Position numbers and translations under genes: made by a program
The notes under the pieces: model-generated
Told to the model about the DNA's origin: nothing
The model's input: the letters and a program-made list of their open reading frames with translations, nothing else
Database searches by the model: none
In this document: positions 19,523 through 29,674 of the stretch, one piece after another
Numbering within the stretch: the first letter of the stretch is position 1
Layout: every line of letters starts with the position of its first letter
Origin: Candidatus Olsenella excrementavium
GTDB lineage: Bacteria > Actinomycetota > Coriobacteriia > Coriobacteriales > Atopobiaceae
NCBI GenBank assembly: GCA_019115965.1
Contig: DXCP01000016.1
Location: forward strand, 6,003 to 70,002
Direction: 5' to 3'
DNA: 64,000 nucleotides

Positions 19523-21249
19523 CGTGCCACCTCCTCTGCGGTGAGCTGGGACTCGCAGATTTCCCGGTAGACGGGGCAGCCCTCGAGCAGCTCCTCGTGG
19601 GTTCCCAGTCCCACCTGGTGCCCGCCGTCGAGCACGAGGATCTGGTCTGCATGGCGCACGGCGGTAACGCGCTGGGAGATGGTGATCACGGCCGTTCCCG
19701 CGCAGTCGCGCGCGATGGCGCGCCGCAGCGCGGCGTCCGTCGCAAAGTCGAGGGCAGAGGAGGCGTCGTCAAGGATGAGGACGCGCGGTCGGCGCACGAG
19801 GGTCCGCGCGATCGTGAGGCGCTGGCGCTGACCGCCGGAGAAGTTGCGGCCAAACTGCTCGACCTCGGACTCGAGTCCGCCCTCCTTGCCGGCGACTACG
19901 CCCGTGGCCTGCGCGGTGGCGATCGCGGCCTCGAGGTCCTTCTCGCTGGCATCCGCGTCTCCCCAGCGCAGGTTGGATGCGATGGTGCCCGAGAAGAGCG
20001 TGGCGCCCTGCTCCACGAGCGAGACCTGGCGGCGCAGCGTGTGGCGCGTGAGCATGCGCACGTCGCTGCCGCCGACCTTGACCTCGCCGTCCGTGACGTC
20101 GTAGAAGCGCAGGGCGAGGCTCGCAAGCGTGGACTTGCCCGATCCCGTGCCGCCGATCACGCCGAGCGTGGCGCCCGGAGCGAGCGAGAAGCTCACGTGG
20201 GAGAGGGCGTCGCCGGCGGCGCCGGGGTAGGAGAAGCTCACGTCGTCGAAGGCGAGGGCGGGCGCGTCCGCGGCGGGCTCGGCGTCGAGCGTGCCGTCCG
20301 TGAGGGTGGGCGAGGTCTCAAAGACCTCGTTGATGCGCTTGGCGCAGGCGGAGGCCTTGGCGAGGAGTACGATGAGGTTCGTGAGCTTGAGGAGCTCGAC
20401 GAGCGCCTGGCTGACGTAGCTCACCAGGGCGACGAGCTGGCCCTGCGTGAGGCCGCCGACGTTCACCTGCAGGCCGCCGAACCACAGAAGCGCGATGAGT
20501 CCGCAGTTGACGACCAGATAGGTGAGCGGGTTCACGAGGGCGGAGATGTCACCCGTGGCAACCTGGCGGTCACGGACGGTGGTCGCGGTGGCCGAGAAGG
20601 CCTCGCGCTCCGCTTCCTCGCGGCGGAAGGCGCGCAGTACGCGCACGCCCTCGAGGTTCTCCGAGACGCCGAGCTGGACTTCGTCGAGGCCGCGCTGAAT
20701 GTCACGGTAGCGGCTCGCGGTCACGCGCATGAAGCCGAGGACGAGCGCCCCCGCCACGAGCACGGCGACGAGCAGGACCGCGCCCTCGACGCCGTCCACG
20801 AGGAAGGCGGCCACGACGGTGCCAAAGGTCACGAACGGAGAGCGCAGGATCAGGCGGAAGAACATGTTGAGGCCGTCCTGGACCTGCTGGGAGTCGTTGG
20901 TGAGGCGCGTGACCAGACTCGCGCGGCCAAGTCGCTCCACGTCCTCGCGCGAGAGGGAGAGCACGTGGGCAAAGAGGTCGTCGCGCATGGCGGTTCCAAA
21001 GGCGGATGCCAGGCGCGAGCAGAAGAACTGCGCCGTGACGGCCACGACCCACGCGAGGACGCCCATGACCACGAGCAGCGCCCCGTGCCAGAGCACGTAG
21101 CCGCTGTCGCGCGTGGCGATGCCGACGTCGATGACCTGCGCCATCACGAGGGGGACGAGGAGCTGGAGCAGGGCCTCCAGCATCTTGAAGAGCGGTGCCA
21201 GCACGCACTCTGCGTAGTGGCCCGCGAGGTAGCGCCTGAGCTTGAACAT
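19519..21249 (-). CDS. Heterodimeric ABC exporter subunit (degenerate Walker B)
   Basis: [22 protein letters not shown]. Confidence 0.9.
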   Translation of the reverse strand: MFKLRRYLAGHYAECVLAPLFKMLEALLQLLVPLVMAQVIDVGIATRDSGYVLWHGALLVVMGVLAWVVAVTAQFFCSRLASAFGTAMRDDLFAHVLSLSREDVERLGRASLVTRLTNDSQQVQDGLNMFFRLILRSPFVTFGTVVAAFLVDGVEGAVLLVAVLVAGALVLGFMRVTASRYRDIQRGLDEVQLGVSENLEGVRVLRAFRREEAEREAFSATATTVRDRQVATGDISALVNPLTYLVVNCGLIALLWFGGLQVNVGGLTQGQLVALVSYVSQALVELLKLTNLIVLLAKASACAKRINEVFETSPTLTDGTLDAEPAADAPALAFDDVSFSYPGAAGDALSHVSFSLAPGATLGVIGGTGSGKSTLASLALRFYDVTDGEVKVGGSDVRMLTRHTLRRQVSLVEQGATLFSGTIASNLRWGDADASEKDLEAAIATAQATGVVAGKEGGLESEVEQFGRNFSGGQRQRLTIARTLVRRPRVLILDDASSALDFATDAALRRAIARDCAGTAVITISQRVTAVRHADQILVLDGGHQVGLGTHEELLEGCPVYREICESQLTAEEVAR

Positions 21250-21400
21250 CTGGCCTCCGTGCGGGTGGAGCAGTCGACCTTTCGATTCTAGCGCGCGTGC
21301 CGTAAGAGGTTCTTCTCGGCAGGTTGACCCGTGCGAAGCCCTGACATTTATCAGCGCCCGTTCGCTCTAGCGGTCTGTCTGGCCCCGGGCCGCCTCGTCG

Positions 21401-21542
21401 GTTTTGGGGCAAAAGATTGATGTTCCTCTCGCCTGAGGGGCGCTTTGGCCGTGCAAAACCGTCCCATACGTGGCTGTTTTGCACAAAAGGGCGAGAAAAA
21501 CGGCAGGGCACGGCCCGCTTCACAAAACATTCGCCCCAAAGC
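21401..21542. repeat. Nested inverted repeats (family F)
   Basis: Outer TTTGGGGC/GCCCCAAA, inner GTGCAAAAC/GTTTTGCAC. Confidence 0.5.
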
Positions 21543-21583
21543 AGAGGAGGACGTTTCTCGGATCCAGGCGTTTCGAGAACACG

Positions 21584-21630
21584 CGTCGCCCCCCGCCACA
21601 AAACCGTGGTTTTGCTGGCGGGGGGCGACG
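21584..21630. terminator. Long GC hairpin, probable terminator of molybdoenzyme operon
   Basis: CGTCGCCCCCCGCCA...TGGCGGGGGGCGACG. Confidence 0.6.
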
Positions 21631-21667
21631 AATAGAGGCAACGGCCGAGAGGGATGTGCGCTCGCGG

Positions 21668-24448
21668 CTACTCCGCGGCGAGCACCTTGCTCGGCAGGAT
21701 GGGCAGGTCACGCACGTAGCGACCCGTGGCGTGGGCCACGGCGCTCATGACCGCGGGGGAGGGCGTGTTGATGACGACCTCGCCGATGGACTTGGCGCCG
21801 AAGGGGCCCGTGGGCTCGAAGCTCGGCATGAACTCCACGCGCGGCTCGGGCACGTCCATGCGGGTGGGCAGCTTGTAGGTCATGAGGCTGCCGGTGCGCA
21901 GGTTGCCGCGCTCGTCGCGCGAGACGTCCTCGGTGAGCGCCATGCCGATGCCCTGGGCGATGCCGCCCTCGGCCTGCACGCGCGCGAGCGCCGGGTTGAT
22001 GACGGTGCCGCAGTCCACGACGGCCGCGTAGTCCGTGACCGTGACCTTGCCCGTGGCCTTGTCGACCTCTACCTCGGCGACGCCGGCCATATAGGGCGGC
22101 GGGGAGGTGGGCTGGGCGTTGGCACCGTGGCCCTCGAGCATGCCGGGGTGCAGGCCAAAGCCGATGAGCTTGTTGGCCAGGGCGGCGACGGTCATCTCCT
22201 GCTCGGCGCAGCGCACGGACTCGCCGTCGAACTCCACGTCCTGGGCGTCCACGCCGAAGATGCGGGCCGCCTGCTCGCGGATCTGGCGCACGAGGTCCTC
22301 GGCCGCGCGCACGACGGCGCCGCCGGTGGTGTAGGTGCCGGAGGACGCGTAGGCACCGGTGTCGAAGGGGGAGGTGTCGGTGTCTACGCCCTTGGTGACG
22401 ATGCGGTCCACGTCGCAGCCGAGCGCCTCGGCCGCCATCTGCGCGAGGATGGTGTCCGCGCCGGTGCCCACGTCGGTGGCACCGATGGAGAGCACGTAGA
22501 AGCCGTCGTCCTCGAGACGGATGTCAACGTTGGCGATGTCCACCATCGCGATGCCGGAGCCCTGCATCGTGAGGGCCACGCCCAGGCCGCGCACGCGGTC
22601 GCCGAGGTCCTCGCGCAGGGGCCGGTCCTTCCAGCCCACCATGTCCATCGCGCGCGTGAGGCACTCGTCGAGGCGGCAGCTGTAGAGGTGCTCGTCGTTT
22701 AGCTGCCAGAGGGTCTCGCCGGGCTTGACGAGGTTCTTGAGGCGCAGCTCGCACGGATCCATGCCGAGCTCGTCTGCCATCTCGTTGACGGCGGACTCCA
22801 CGGCGAAGCAGCCCTGTGTCGCGCCGTAGCCGCGGTAGGCGCCGCCCGGCGTGGTGTTGGTGTAGACCACGTCGTAGGAGAAGCGGCTGGCAGTGGCGTG
22901 GTTGTAGATCGGCAGCGCCTTGCCGCCCACGAGCGTGACCGTGGTCGTGCCGTGGTAGCCGTAGGCACCGGCGTTGGAGAGGGCGTAGAGGTCGATGGCC
23001 TCGATCGCGCCGTCGCGGCGCGCGCCCATGCGGACCTTGAGGACCATCTCGTGACGCGTGTTGGAGCAGTTCATGGTCTCCTCGCGCGTGTAGGTGCACA
23101 CGCACGGGCGGCCGGTCTTCATCGCGGCAAACGCGGCAAAGGGCTCGTTGCAGCCGCTCTGCTTGGCGCCAAAGCCGCCGCCCACGCGCGGCTTGATGAC
23201 GCGCACCTGGCGCTTGGGGATGCCGAGGGCGTTTGCCACCTGGCGGCGGATGTGGAAGGGCACCTGCGTGGAGCTCACCACGGTCACGCGGCCAAAGGCG
23301 TCGGTGTAGGCGAAGGAACGGAACGTCTCCATCATGGACTGCTGCGTGGCCTGCGTGCGGTAGGTCCGCTCGATAATCACGTCGGAGGCGGCGAAGGCGG
23401 CCTCGAGGTCGCCGTGGACGCGCTCGCCGTGCGCCACGAGGTTGCGCGACGGGTCGCCGGACTTGTCGCCGCCGGGCTTCCAGTCGTCCTCGTCGTGGAT
23501 GACGGTGGCGTTGCCGAGCGCATCCTCCACGTCCAGCACGGCGGGCAGCTGCTCGTAGGTGACCTTCACGGCCTTCACGCCCGCGGCGGCCGCGGCCTCG
23601 GTCTCTGCCACGACCATGGCTACCTCGTCGCCGACGTAGCGCACGTGACGGTCGAGAAGGACCGTGTCGTAGGGACTCGGCTCGGGGAAGGACTGGCCTG
23701 CCAGCGTGAAGCGGTTGTGCGGCACGTCGTCCGGGCCAAAGACCGCCACGACGCCGGGAACCTCGAGCGCGCGGCTCTTGTCGACGTCCATGACGATGGC
23801 GTTGGCATGGCGGCTGCGCACGAGCTTCACCACGAGGGCACCCTCAGGCGCGAGGTCGGCGGTGTAGACGGGCGCGCCGGCGAGAAGGGCGCCGGAGTCC
23901 TTCTTTGCCACGGGGCGCGCGATCTCGCGGTGCCTCTCGCCCGACTCGGTGGTGGCGTCCGCGGGCACCTCGCGCGGCGGCAGCTCGCCGTCGTTTGCGT
24001 GGCGGGCGAGGAAGCGGCGAATCGCGCGCATCTGGCTCGCGTAGCCGGAGCAGCGGCAGAGGTTTCCGGAGAGGTAGTGACGCACGGTCTCGTCGTCGGC
24101 GTCCGGGTGGGCGGCGTCGAGCGCGAGCACGGCCATCTCGAGGCCCGGCGCGCAGAAGCCGCACTGCTCGGCGCCCTCCTCGGCGAGGCACTGTGCCAAG
24201 AGCTCGCGACGGCCGTCGCGCATGCCCTCGAGCGTGGTGACCTCGTGGCCGCCAACGCGCGCCATGAGCACGGAGCAGGAGAGCACGGGCTCGCCGTCAA
24301 GCAGCACGGTGCACAGGCCACAGTTGGAGGTCTCGCAGGCGCACTTGACGGACTTGTAGCCGTGCGCGCGGCAGAAGTCGAAGAGCGTCATGTCGGGGCG
24401 GACGTCCTCGGAGAGCTCCGCGCCGTTCAGGGTGAGGGCGATCTGCAT
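21668..24448 (-). CDS. Xanthine dehydrogenase-family molybdoprotein, fused 2Fe-2S and Mo-binding subunit (XdhD/YgfN-like)
   Basis: KCACETSNCGLC, QCGFC, LCRC; GGGFGAKQ, YRGYG, AKSIGE. Confidence 0.9.
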   Translation of the reverse strand: MQIALTLNGAELSEDVRPDMTLFDFCRAHGYKSVKCACETSNCGLCTVLLDGEPVLSCSVLMARVGGHEVTTLEGMRDGRRELLAQCLAEEGAEQCGFCAPGLEMAVLALDAAHPDADDETVRHYLSGNLCRCSGYASQMRAIRRFLARHANDGELPPREVPADATTESGERHREIARPVAKKDSGALLAGAPVYTADLAPEGALVVKLVRSRHANAIVMDVDKSRALEVPGVVAVFGPDDVPHNRFTLAGQSFPEPSPYDTVLLDRHVRYVGDEVAMVVAETEAAAAAGVKAVKVTYEQLPAVLDVEDALGNATVIHDEDDWKPGGDKSGDPSRNLVAHGERVHGDLEAAFAASDVIIERTYRTQATQQSMMETFRSFAYTDAFGRVTVVSSTQVPFHIRRQVANALGIPKRQVRVIKPRVGGGFGAKQSGCNEPFAAFAAMKTGRPCVCTYTREETMNCSNTRHEMVLKVRMGARRDGAIEAIDLYALSNAGAYGYHGTTTVTLVGGKALPIYNHATASRFSYDVVYTNTTPGGAYRGYGATQGCFAVESAVNEMADELGMDPCELRLKNLVKPGETLWQLNDEHLYSCRLDECLTRAMDMVGWKDRPLREDLGDRVRGLGVALTMQGSGIAMVDIANVDIRLEDDGFYVLSIGATDVGTGADTILAQMAAEALGCDVDRIVTKGVDTDTSPFDTGAYASSGTYTTGGAVVRAAEDLVRQIREQAARIFGVDAQDVEFDGESVRCAEQEMTVAALANKLIGFGLHPGMLEGHGANAQPTSPPPYMAGVAEVEVDKATGKVTVTDYAAVVDCGTVINPALARVQAEGGIAQGIGMALTEDVSRDERGNLRTGSLMTYKLPTRMDVPEPRVEFMPSFEPTGPFGAKSIGEVVINTPSPAVMSAVAHATGRYVRDLPILPSKVLAAE

Positions 24449-24452
24449 GGCT

Positions 24453-25265
24453 CTAGGCCTCCTTCTCGGCGCGGGGCTTGGCGGCGGCGCGCTCCACGGC
24501 GCGACGCACGAGCGCGGGGGCGGCGGCGCGGCGCCACGCGGCGGTTCCGCGCAGGTCGTCACCATAGTCCAGGCTCTCGGCGAGCTCGCAGACGGCGGTA
24601 AGCTCGGCGGGGGAGAACTCGGCGCGCAGCGGGATGCGCTCGCCGCCGGTCACGAGCGTGGCCTTCTTGGGGCGCGCGCCCACGGTGACGTGCCAGGATC
24701 CCTGCCAGCAGGCGGCTGCGGCGTTGAGCGCGGAGAAGTCCGTCGCCGCGTTGCGCACGGACTCGAAGGCGGCACGGTAGCGGTGCTTGCGCACGACGAC
24801 GTGCGTGAGGACGTCGTTTCTCGCCCCGCGCTCCACGAAGGGGATGATCGGCATGGTGCCCGCACCCTCAAGCTCCACCTCGGTGTCAAGTGCCAGCAGC
24901 GCCGTGACGATGTCCGAGAAGCCCATGCGCGCGTAGAGCGAGCCGCCCACCGTGGCGAGGTTGCGGAACTGCGTGCCCACGATGTCGCGCACTGCCTCGG
25001 TGAAGATGCCGCAGGTGGCGGCCAGGAAGCGCTCGTGGTTCTCCAGCTGCCCCAGGGTCACCATCGCGCCGATGCGGAAGGCGTCCTCGGTCTCCTCGAT
25101 CTTGTCGAGTCCGCAACCGGAGAGGTCGATGCCGAGCGGCGAGGTGCGGTCGGAGAGGCGCAGCCACATCATGCCGCCGATGACCGTAGCCAGGCGGTTC
25201 TCCTGCAGGAGCTCGTAGGCCTGCCGCGTGGTCCCGGGGCGGACGTACTTCTCGAAGGTGAGCAC
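24453..25265 (-). CDS. FAD-binding subunit of xanthine dehydrogenase family (YgfM-like)
   Basis: IGGMMWL, IGAMVTL, FRNLATVGGS; GTG start with AGGAGG RBS. Confidence 0.85.
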   Translation of the reverse strand: MLTFEKYVRPGTTRQAYELLQENRLATVIGGMMWLRLSDRTSPLGIDLSGCGLDKIEETEDAFRIGAMVTLGQLENHERFLAATCGIFTEAVRDIVGTQFRNLATVGGSLYARMGFSDIVTALLALDTEVELEGAGTMPIIPFVERGARNDVLTHVVVRKHRYRAAFESVRNAATDFSALNAAAACWQGSWHVTVGARPKKATLVTGGERIPLRAEFSPAELTAVCELAESLDYGDDLRGTAAWRRAAAPALVRRAVERAAAKPRAEKEA

Positions 25266-25368
25266 GGGTCCTCCTTGGTTCTCAGTGATGGGACAAGGAT
25301 AGCGCAGGTGAGCGGCCTTGCCGCGCTTGTCGTTGCACATTCGGTCCTATAACGCAGGGCTGGACCGG

Positions 25369-25558
25369 TCCAGAAATCGCGGACCTTGTCATGGGGGTGT
25401 CTAGGAAATTGAGGGCTTGCGCGCCGGCGGCTCGTCAAAGCCGTGAAAAACCCGTCTTCTGTCGTCCAGGGCAGGACAAGAGCGCGGTTTTCTAGACTCT
25501 CTCGGGACAAACCTTCGGATTCTTAGAAGCCCTCATGACAACGCTGACAATTCCTGGG
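25369..25558. repeat. Family B palindromic array, orphan copy B2
   Basis: Forward units at 25369, 25400; inverted at 25475, 25506, 25537; one decayed unit keeps the 31-bp register. Confidence 0.8.
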
Positions 25559-25632
25559 GCCGCACCGTTGTGCCGATGCGGGTAGAATTGTCGACGCTCC
25601 GTCAACTACGTCGAAGGCCGGGGGTGAGTCGG

Positions 25633-26457
25633 ATGGGCGAGAAGATCGTGGTGGCGCGGGGCGTCTCCCATGCATACGCGCCCGGTCGCCCCACGCTGCG
25701 CGACGTGACGCTCGACGTGGCGCCCGGCGAGTTCGTGGCGATCGTCGGGGAGAACGGCTCGGGCAAGACCACGCTCGCGCGGCACCTGAACGCGCTCATC
25801 CAGCTCCAGGAAGGGGAGCTCAGGGTCGCCGGCATCGACGCCGCCGACCCCACTCGCGTCTGGGAGCTCCGCCGCGCCTGCGGCATGGTGTTCCAGAACC
25901 CGGAGAACCAGTTCGTCTCCTCGGTGGTGGGCGAGGACGTTGCCTTTGGGCCCCTCAACTTTGGCGCGGGCGAGAAGGACGCACAGCTTGCGACCGCGCG
26001 GGCGCTGGCGAGCGTGGACCTTGTCGGCTTCGAGCGTCGCGACGTCCATGCGCTCTCCGGCGGACAGCAGCAGCGTGTTGCGCTCGCGGGCGTGCTTGCA
26101 AGCGAGCCCGACGTCATCGTGCTCGACGAGGCGACCGCAATGATCGACCCCCAGGGGAGAGACGAGCTCGTGCGCGCGGTGCTCTCCGCGCGAGCGGAGC
26201 GCGGAGCCACCATTGTCTGGATCACGCACGACATGGAGCTCGCCGCCCGCGCAGACCGCGTCGTGGTCATGCGTGCCGGAAAGATCGCCGCCGCGGGCGC
26301 GCCGGCCGGGGTACTCGCGGACCGCGGTCTGCTCGAGAGCGCCGGACTGGAGCCTCCGCTGGCAGTGCGCGTCTGGGAGGCGCTCGTGCGCCGCGGCGCG
26401 GTCTGCGGCGCCGCGCCGGTCACGGTCGAGGGGCTGGTGAGCGTGCTGTGCGGGTGA
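25633..26457 (+). CDS. ECF transporter ATPase EcfA1
   Basis: GENGSGKT, FQNPENQF, LSGGQQQR, DEATAMIDP. Confidence 0.88.
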   Translation: MGEKIVVARGVSHAYAPGRPTLRDVTLDVAPGEFVAIVGENGSGKTTLARHLNALIQLQEGELRVAGIDAADPTRVWELRRACGMVFQNPENQFVSSVVGEDVAFGPLNFGAGEKDAQLATARALASVDLVGFERRDVHALSGGQQQRVALAGVLASEPDVIVLDEATAMIDPQGRDELVRAVLSARAERGATIVWITHDMELAARADRVVVMRAGKIAAAGAPAGVLADRGLLESAGLEPPLAVRVWEALVRRGAVCGAAPVTVEGLVSVLCG

Positions 26458-27257
26458 CGCTGGAACATGCTTGCCTTGCGTACGAGGGTCCCATGGGCGA
26501 GAAGAACCCCGCGCTCGTCGACGTCTCGATCGACTTCGAGGGCGGCGTCACGGGGCTCATGGGCAAAACGGGTTCCGGCAAGACGTCCCTGCTCGAGGTC
26601 ATGGCCGGTGCGACGTCGCCCGACTCGGGTCGGGTGCGGGCGCAGGGCGACGGGGAGATCGGGCTGGTGTTCCAGCTTCCGGAGCGTCAGTTCTTCGAGC
26701 CCACGGTAGAGCGGGAGGTGACCTTCGGGTTGCGTGAGCACGGTCTTTCCGCATCGTGCGCCCGCGAGCGCGCCGCGCACGCGCTCGCCCTCATGGGGCT
26801 CGACCTAGCGGAGCTTGCGGGAAGGTCGCCCTTCTCGCTTTCTGGGGGACAGCAGCGTCGGGTGGCGATCGCCTCGGTTCTTGCGCTGCGACCGTCGGTG
26901 CTCCTGCTCGACGAGCCCACGGCCGGGCTCGACCCACGCGCTCGCCGTGCCTGCCTGGATGCCGTGCGCGCCGCGGCTGGCGAGGGAGCGACGGTCGTGA
27001 TCGCCAGCCACGATGCAAACGCCCTCGCCGAGGTTGCCGACCGTCTCGTGGTGCTCGAGGAGGGCCGCGTGACGCTCGACGGCCCGGCACGTACGCTGCT
27101 CGCCGACGCACCGCTGATGCGCGCGCACGGCCTCGAGCCCGCCTGCGCCGCGCGTGCCACCGCCGCCCTCCGACGCGCCGGGATTGCCGTTCCGGGGTTT
27201 CCGCTCACGGCCGAGGAGCTCGCCGACGCCCTCGTCCGGGGAGGGGGCGTCTCATGA
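26448..27257 (+). CDS. ECF transporter ATPase EcfA2
   Basis: GKTGSGKT, FQLPERQ, SPFSLSGGQ, DEPTAGLDP. Confidence 0.88.
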   Translation: MRVTLEHACLAYEGPMGEKNPALVDVSIDFEGGVTGLMGKTGSGKTSLLEVMAGATSPDSGRVRAQGDGEIGLVFQLPERQFFEPTVEREVTFGLREHGLSASCARERAAHALALMGLDLAELAGRSPFSLSGGQQRRVAIASVLALRPSVLLLDEPTAGLDPRARRACLDAVRAAAGEGATVVIASHDANALAEVADRLVVLEEGRVTLDGPARTLLADAPLMRAHGLEPACAARATAALRRAGIAVPGFPLTAEELADALVRGGGVS

Positions 27258-27976
27258 GGTCGACGTTCGGATACGTCTGGTCCGACTCGCCACTGCATCG
27301 TATGCGTGCCTCGGTCAAGCTCGTCGGTCTTCTCGTCTCGGTTGCACTCGTCGTGCTGGCGTCAGCGCCGCTCGAGCTCGTCGTTGCCTCCCTTGCCGTG
27401 GCTTCGCTCGCAGTCGCCTCCCGTGTCGGCTGGGCCGCCTCCGCTCGTGCGCTGTGGGGGCTCCGTTGGTTTTTGCTCGTCATCTTCGTCTTGAACGCCC
27501 TGCTCTTCTCGACCGTCGACCCGCTGCTGTCCCTCGGTCCCGCCTGCCTCACATGGACGGGGATCGCCCAGGGTGCGCGCGTCGTCGTCCGCACGGCGCT
27601 CGTGGTGGTGCTCGGTGTGCTGCTCACGGCGACGACGAGTCCCCAGCAGCTCACGTCCGGCGTGCGCGACCTGCTCCGGCCGCTCGCGCGCCTCGGGGTG
27701 CCGACCGAGGTCGCTGCGCTCGCCGTCGGCGTCACGGTGCAGTTTGTGCCCACGCTCCTGCGCGAGGGCCGCCAGCTCATGCGGGCCCAGACACTGCGTT
27801 GCAGCATCGCGCGTCACGGTGGTATTATGCGACGCGCCGTCAGTTATGTGCAGCTGCTCGTTCCTGTCTTCGTGTCCGCGTTCCGCCGTGCTGAGGAGCT
27901 TTCCGTTGCAATGGAGGCGCGCGGGTACCGCATCGCGGGACGTTCAGCGCGTCCCGGGGAGGAGAGGCGACTTTGA
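27254..27976 (+). CDS. ECF transporter T component
   Basis: S.LHR...VKL, AQTLR, AMEARGY. Confidence 0.88.
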   Translation: MRSTFGYVWSDSPLHRMRASVKLVGLLVSVALVVLASAPLELVVASLAVASLAVASRVGWAASARALWGLRWFLLVIFVLNALLFSTVDPLLSLGPACLTWTGIAQGARVVVRTALVVVLGVLLTATTSPQQLTSGVRDLLRPLARLGVPTEVAALAVGVTVQFVPTLLREGRQLMRAQTLRCSIARHGGIMRRAVSYVQLLVPVFVSAFRRAEELSVAMEARGYRIAGRSARPGEERRL

Positions 27977-28521
27977 ATCCTGTGAAGAGCGTCGTCGTTG
28001 CCGCGGTGTGCGCCGCGCTCGGCATCGTGCTCCCCATGGCCTTCCATGCCATCCCGGGGGCGGGCAATGCCTGGCTCCCGATGCACATCCCCGTGATGAT
28101 CTGCGGCCTTGTGGCAGGATCTGCGCCCGGGGCGGCCACGGGACTTCTCGCTCCCGTGCTCTCGAGCCTGCTCACCGGCATGCCAGCGGCACCCATCCTG
28201 CCGTCCATGACCTGCGAGCTTGCCGTCTACGGATTGGTCTCCGGAGCGCTGGGCGCCCACGTGCGTACCGGCCGTCTGCCGCTCGACCTCTACGTCTCGC
28301 TCGCCGGCGCCATGCTCGCCGGTCGGCTCGTGGGCGGCGCCCTGCAGGCGCTGATCTTCTCGTCCGGCACCTACTCGCTGGCGGCCTGGGTCACCGGGTA
28401 CTTTGTGACTGGTCTGCCGGGCATCGTGCTTCAGCTCGTCGTGGTGGTGCCGATCGTGGTCGCGCTGGAGCGCGCCGGTTTGGTTCCCCCTCGCTACCCC
28501 GAGGACGCGTCCCGGGACTGA
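27973..28521 (+). CDS. ECF transporter S component, substrate unknown
   Basis: LPMHIPV, LTGMP, ELAVYG, GLPGIVLQ; hydrophobic ~180 aa. Confidence 0.8.
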   Translation: MNPVKSVVVAAVCAALGIVLPMAFHAIPGAGNAWLPMHIPVMICGLVAGSAPGAATGLLAPVLSSLLTGMPAAPILPSMTCELAVYGLVSGALGAHVRTGRLPLDLYVSLAGAMLAGRLVGGALQALIFSSGTYSLAAWVTGYFVTGLPGIVLQLVVVVPIVVALERAGLVPPRYPEDASRD

Positions 28522-28608
28522 CGACGCGCGTCAGCGCGCTCCCGTGGCCTACCCGACGCTCGACGGCAATCTATAATGGGGCGTTCGCAGATGACGGGAG
28601 GTAGTTCC

Positions 28609-29655
28609 ATGACGCGCGTGGCGCTCATCTTTGGTGGCGTCTCCACCGAGCACGACATTTCCTGCAAATCGGCCGACAACGTGATTGCGGCACTTGGTGA
28701 CCGCTTTGAGCTGGTGCTCGTTGGCATCACGCGGGAGGGTCGCTGGTTGCACTATACGGGCGACACCGCAGAGCTCACCGCGGGTACGTGGGACGCTCAC
28801 GACTGCGTACCCGTCGCGCTTCTGCCCTCCGGCGGCCTCGTCGAGGTATGCGAGGGGAGCGTACGTCCACTTTTCGTTGACGTCGCCCTGCCCGTCCTGC
28901 ATGGCCAGGGCGGCGAGGACGGCACGGTCCAGGGTGCCCTCGAGGTCGCGGGCATTCCGTACGTGGGATGCGGCGTGATGGCAAGCGCCGTCTGCATGGA
29001 CAAGGACGCCTCCCATCGCCTGGCCGCCTCTGCCGGCGTTCGCTCGCCGCGCTGCGAGGTGCTCTGGCGCGGCGCCTCCTCTAAGGACCGCGCGGCTGCC
29101 GTTGCCGCCTGCGGCGGGTTCCCGGTGTTCGTCAAGCCCGCCCGCGGGGGATCCTCGATCGGGGTCGCCCGCGCTGCGGACGAGCGCGCCTACGCAGACG
29201 CCCTTGCCGCCGCCTTCGAGCTCGACGAGAAGGTCGCCGTGGAGGAGGCCATCGTGGGTGTCGAGGTCGGCTGCGCCATCGTGGGCGACGCCGTGCGCGG
29301 GACGCGCATGGGCGAGCCCGACGAGATCGTGGTCTCCGGCGACGGGTTCTTTCGCATCCACCTCGAGAAGAACCCGGGCGAGAACACGCAGCTCCGCTGC
29401 CCTGCGGAGCTCCCGGGGGACGTGCTCGACCGCGTGCGCGCGGCCGGCGTCGCCGTCTACGAGGCGCTCGGGTGCGAGGGGCTCGCTCGTGTGGACCTCT
29501 TCGTCACGCCCGAGGGGGAGGTCGTCTTCAACGAGGTCAACTCGATGCCCGGCCTCACCTACTATTCCCGCTTCCCGCAGATGATGCGCGTGGCCGGCCA
29601 TGAGCTCGGCGACGTGCTCGCCGACCTCGTCAACGACCGACTCGCCCGCAGCTGA
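28609..29655 (+). CDS. D-Ala-D-X ligase with VanA/VanD-like omega loop (possible D-Ala-D-lactate ligase)
   Basis: FGGVSTEHDIS, LHGQGGEDG, KPARGGSS, FFRIH, NEVNSMPG; upstream TATAAT 28572-28577 and RBS GGAGG. Confidence 0.85.
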   Translation: MTRVALIFGGVSTEHDISCKSADNVIAALGDRFELVLVGITREGRWLHYTGDTAELTAGTWDAHDCVPVALLPSGGLVEVCEGSVRPLFVDVALPVLHGQGGEDGTVQGALEVAGIPYVGCGVMASAVCMDKDASHRLAASAGVRSPRCEVLWRGASSKDRAAAVAACGGFPVFVKPARGGSSIGVARAADERAYADALAAAFELDEKVAVEEAIVGVEVGCAIVGDAVRGTRMGEPDEIVVSGDGFFRIHLEKNPGENTQLRCPAELPGDVLDRVRAAGVAVYEALGCEGLARVDLFVTPEGEVVFNEVNSMPGLTYYSRFPQMMRVAGHELGDVLADLVNDRLARS

Positions 29656-29674
29656 CGCTGCCGAAGGGAGAGCC

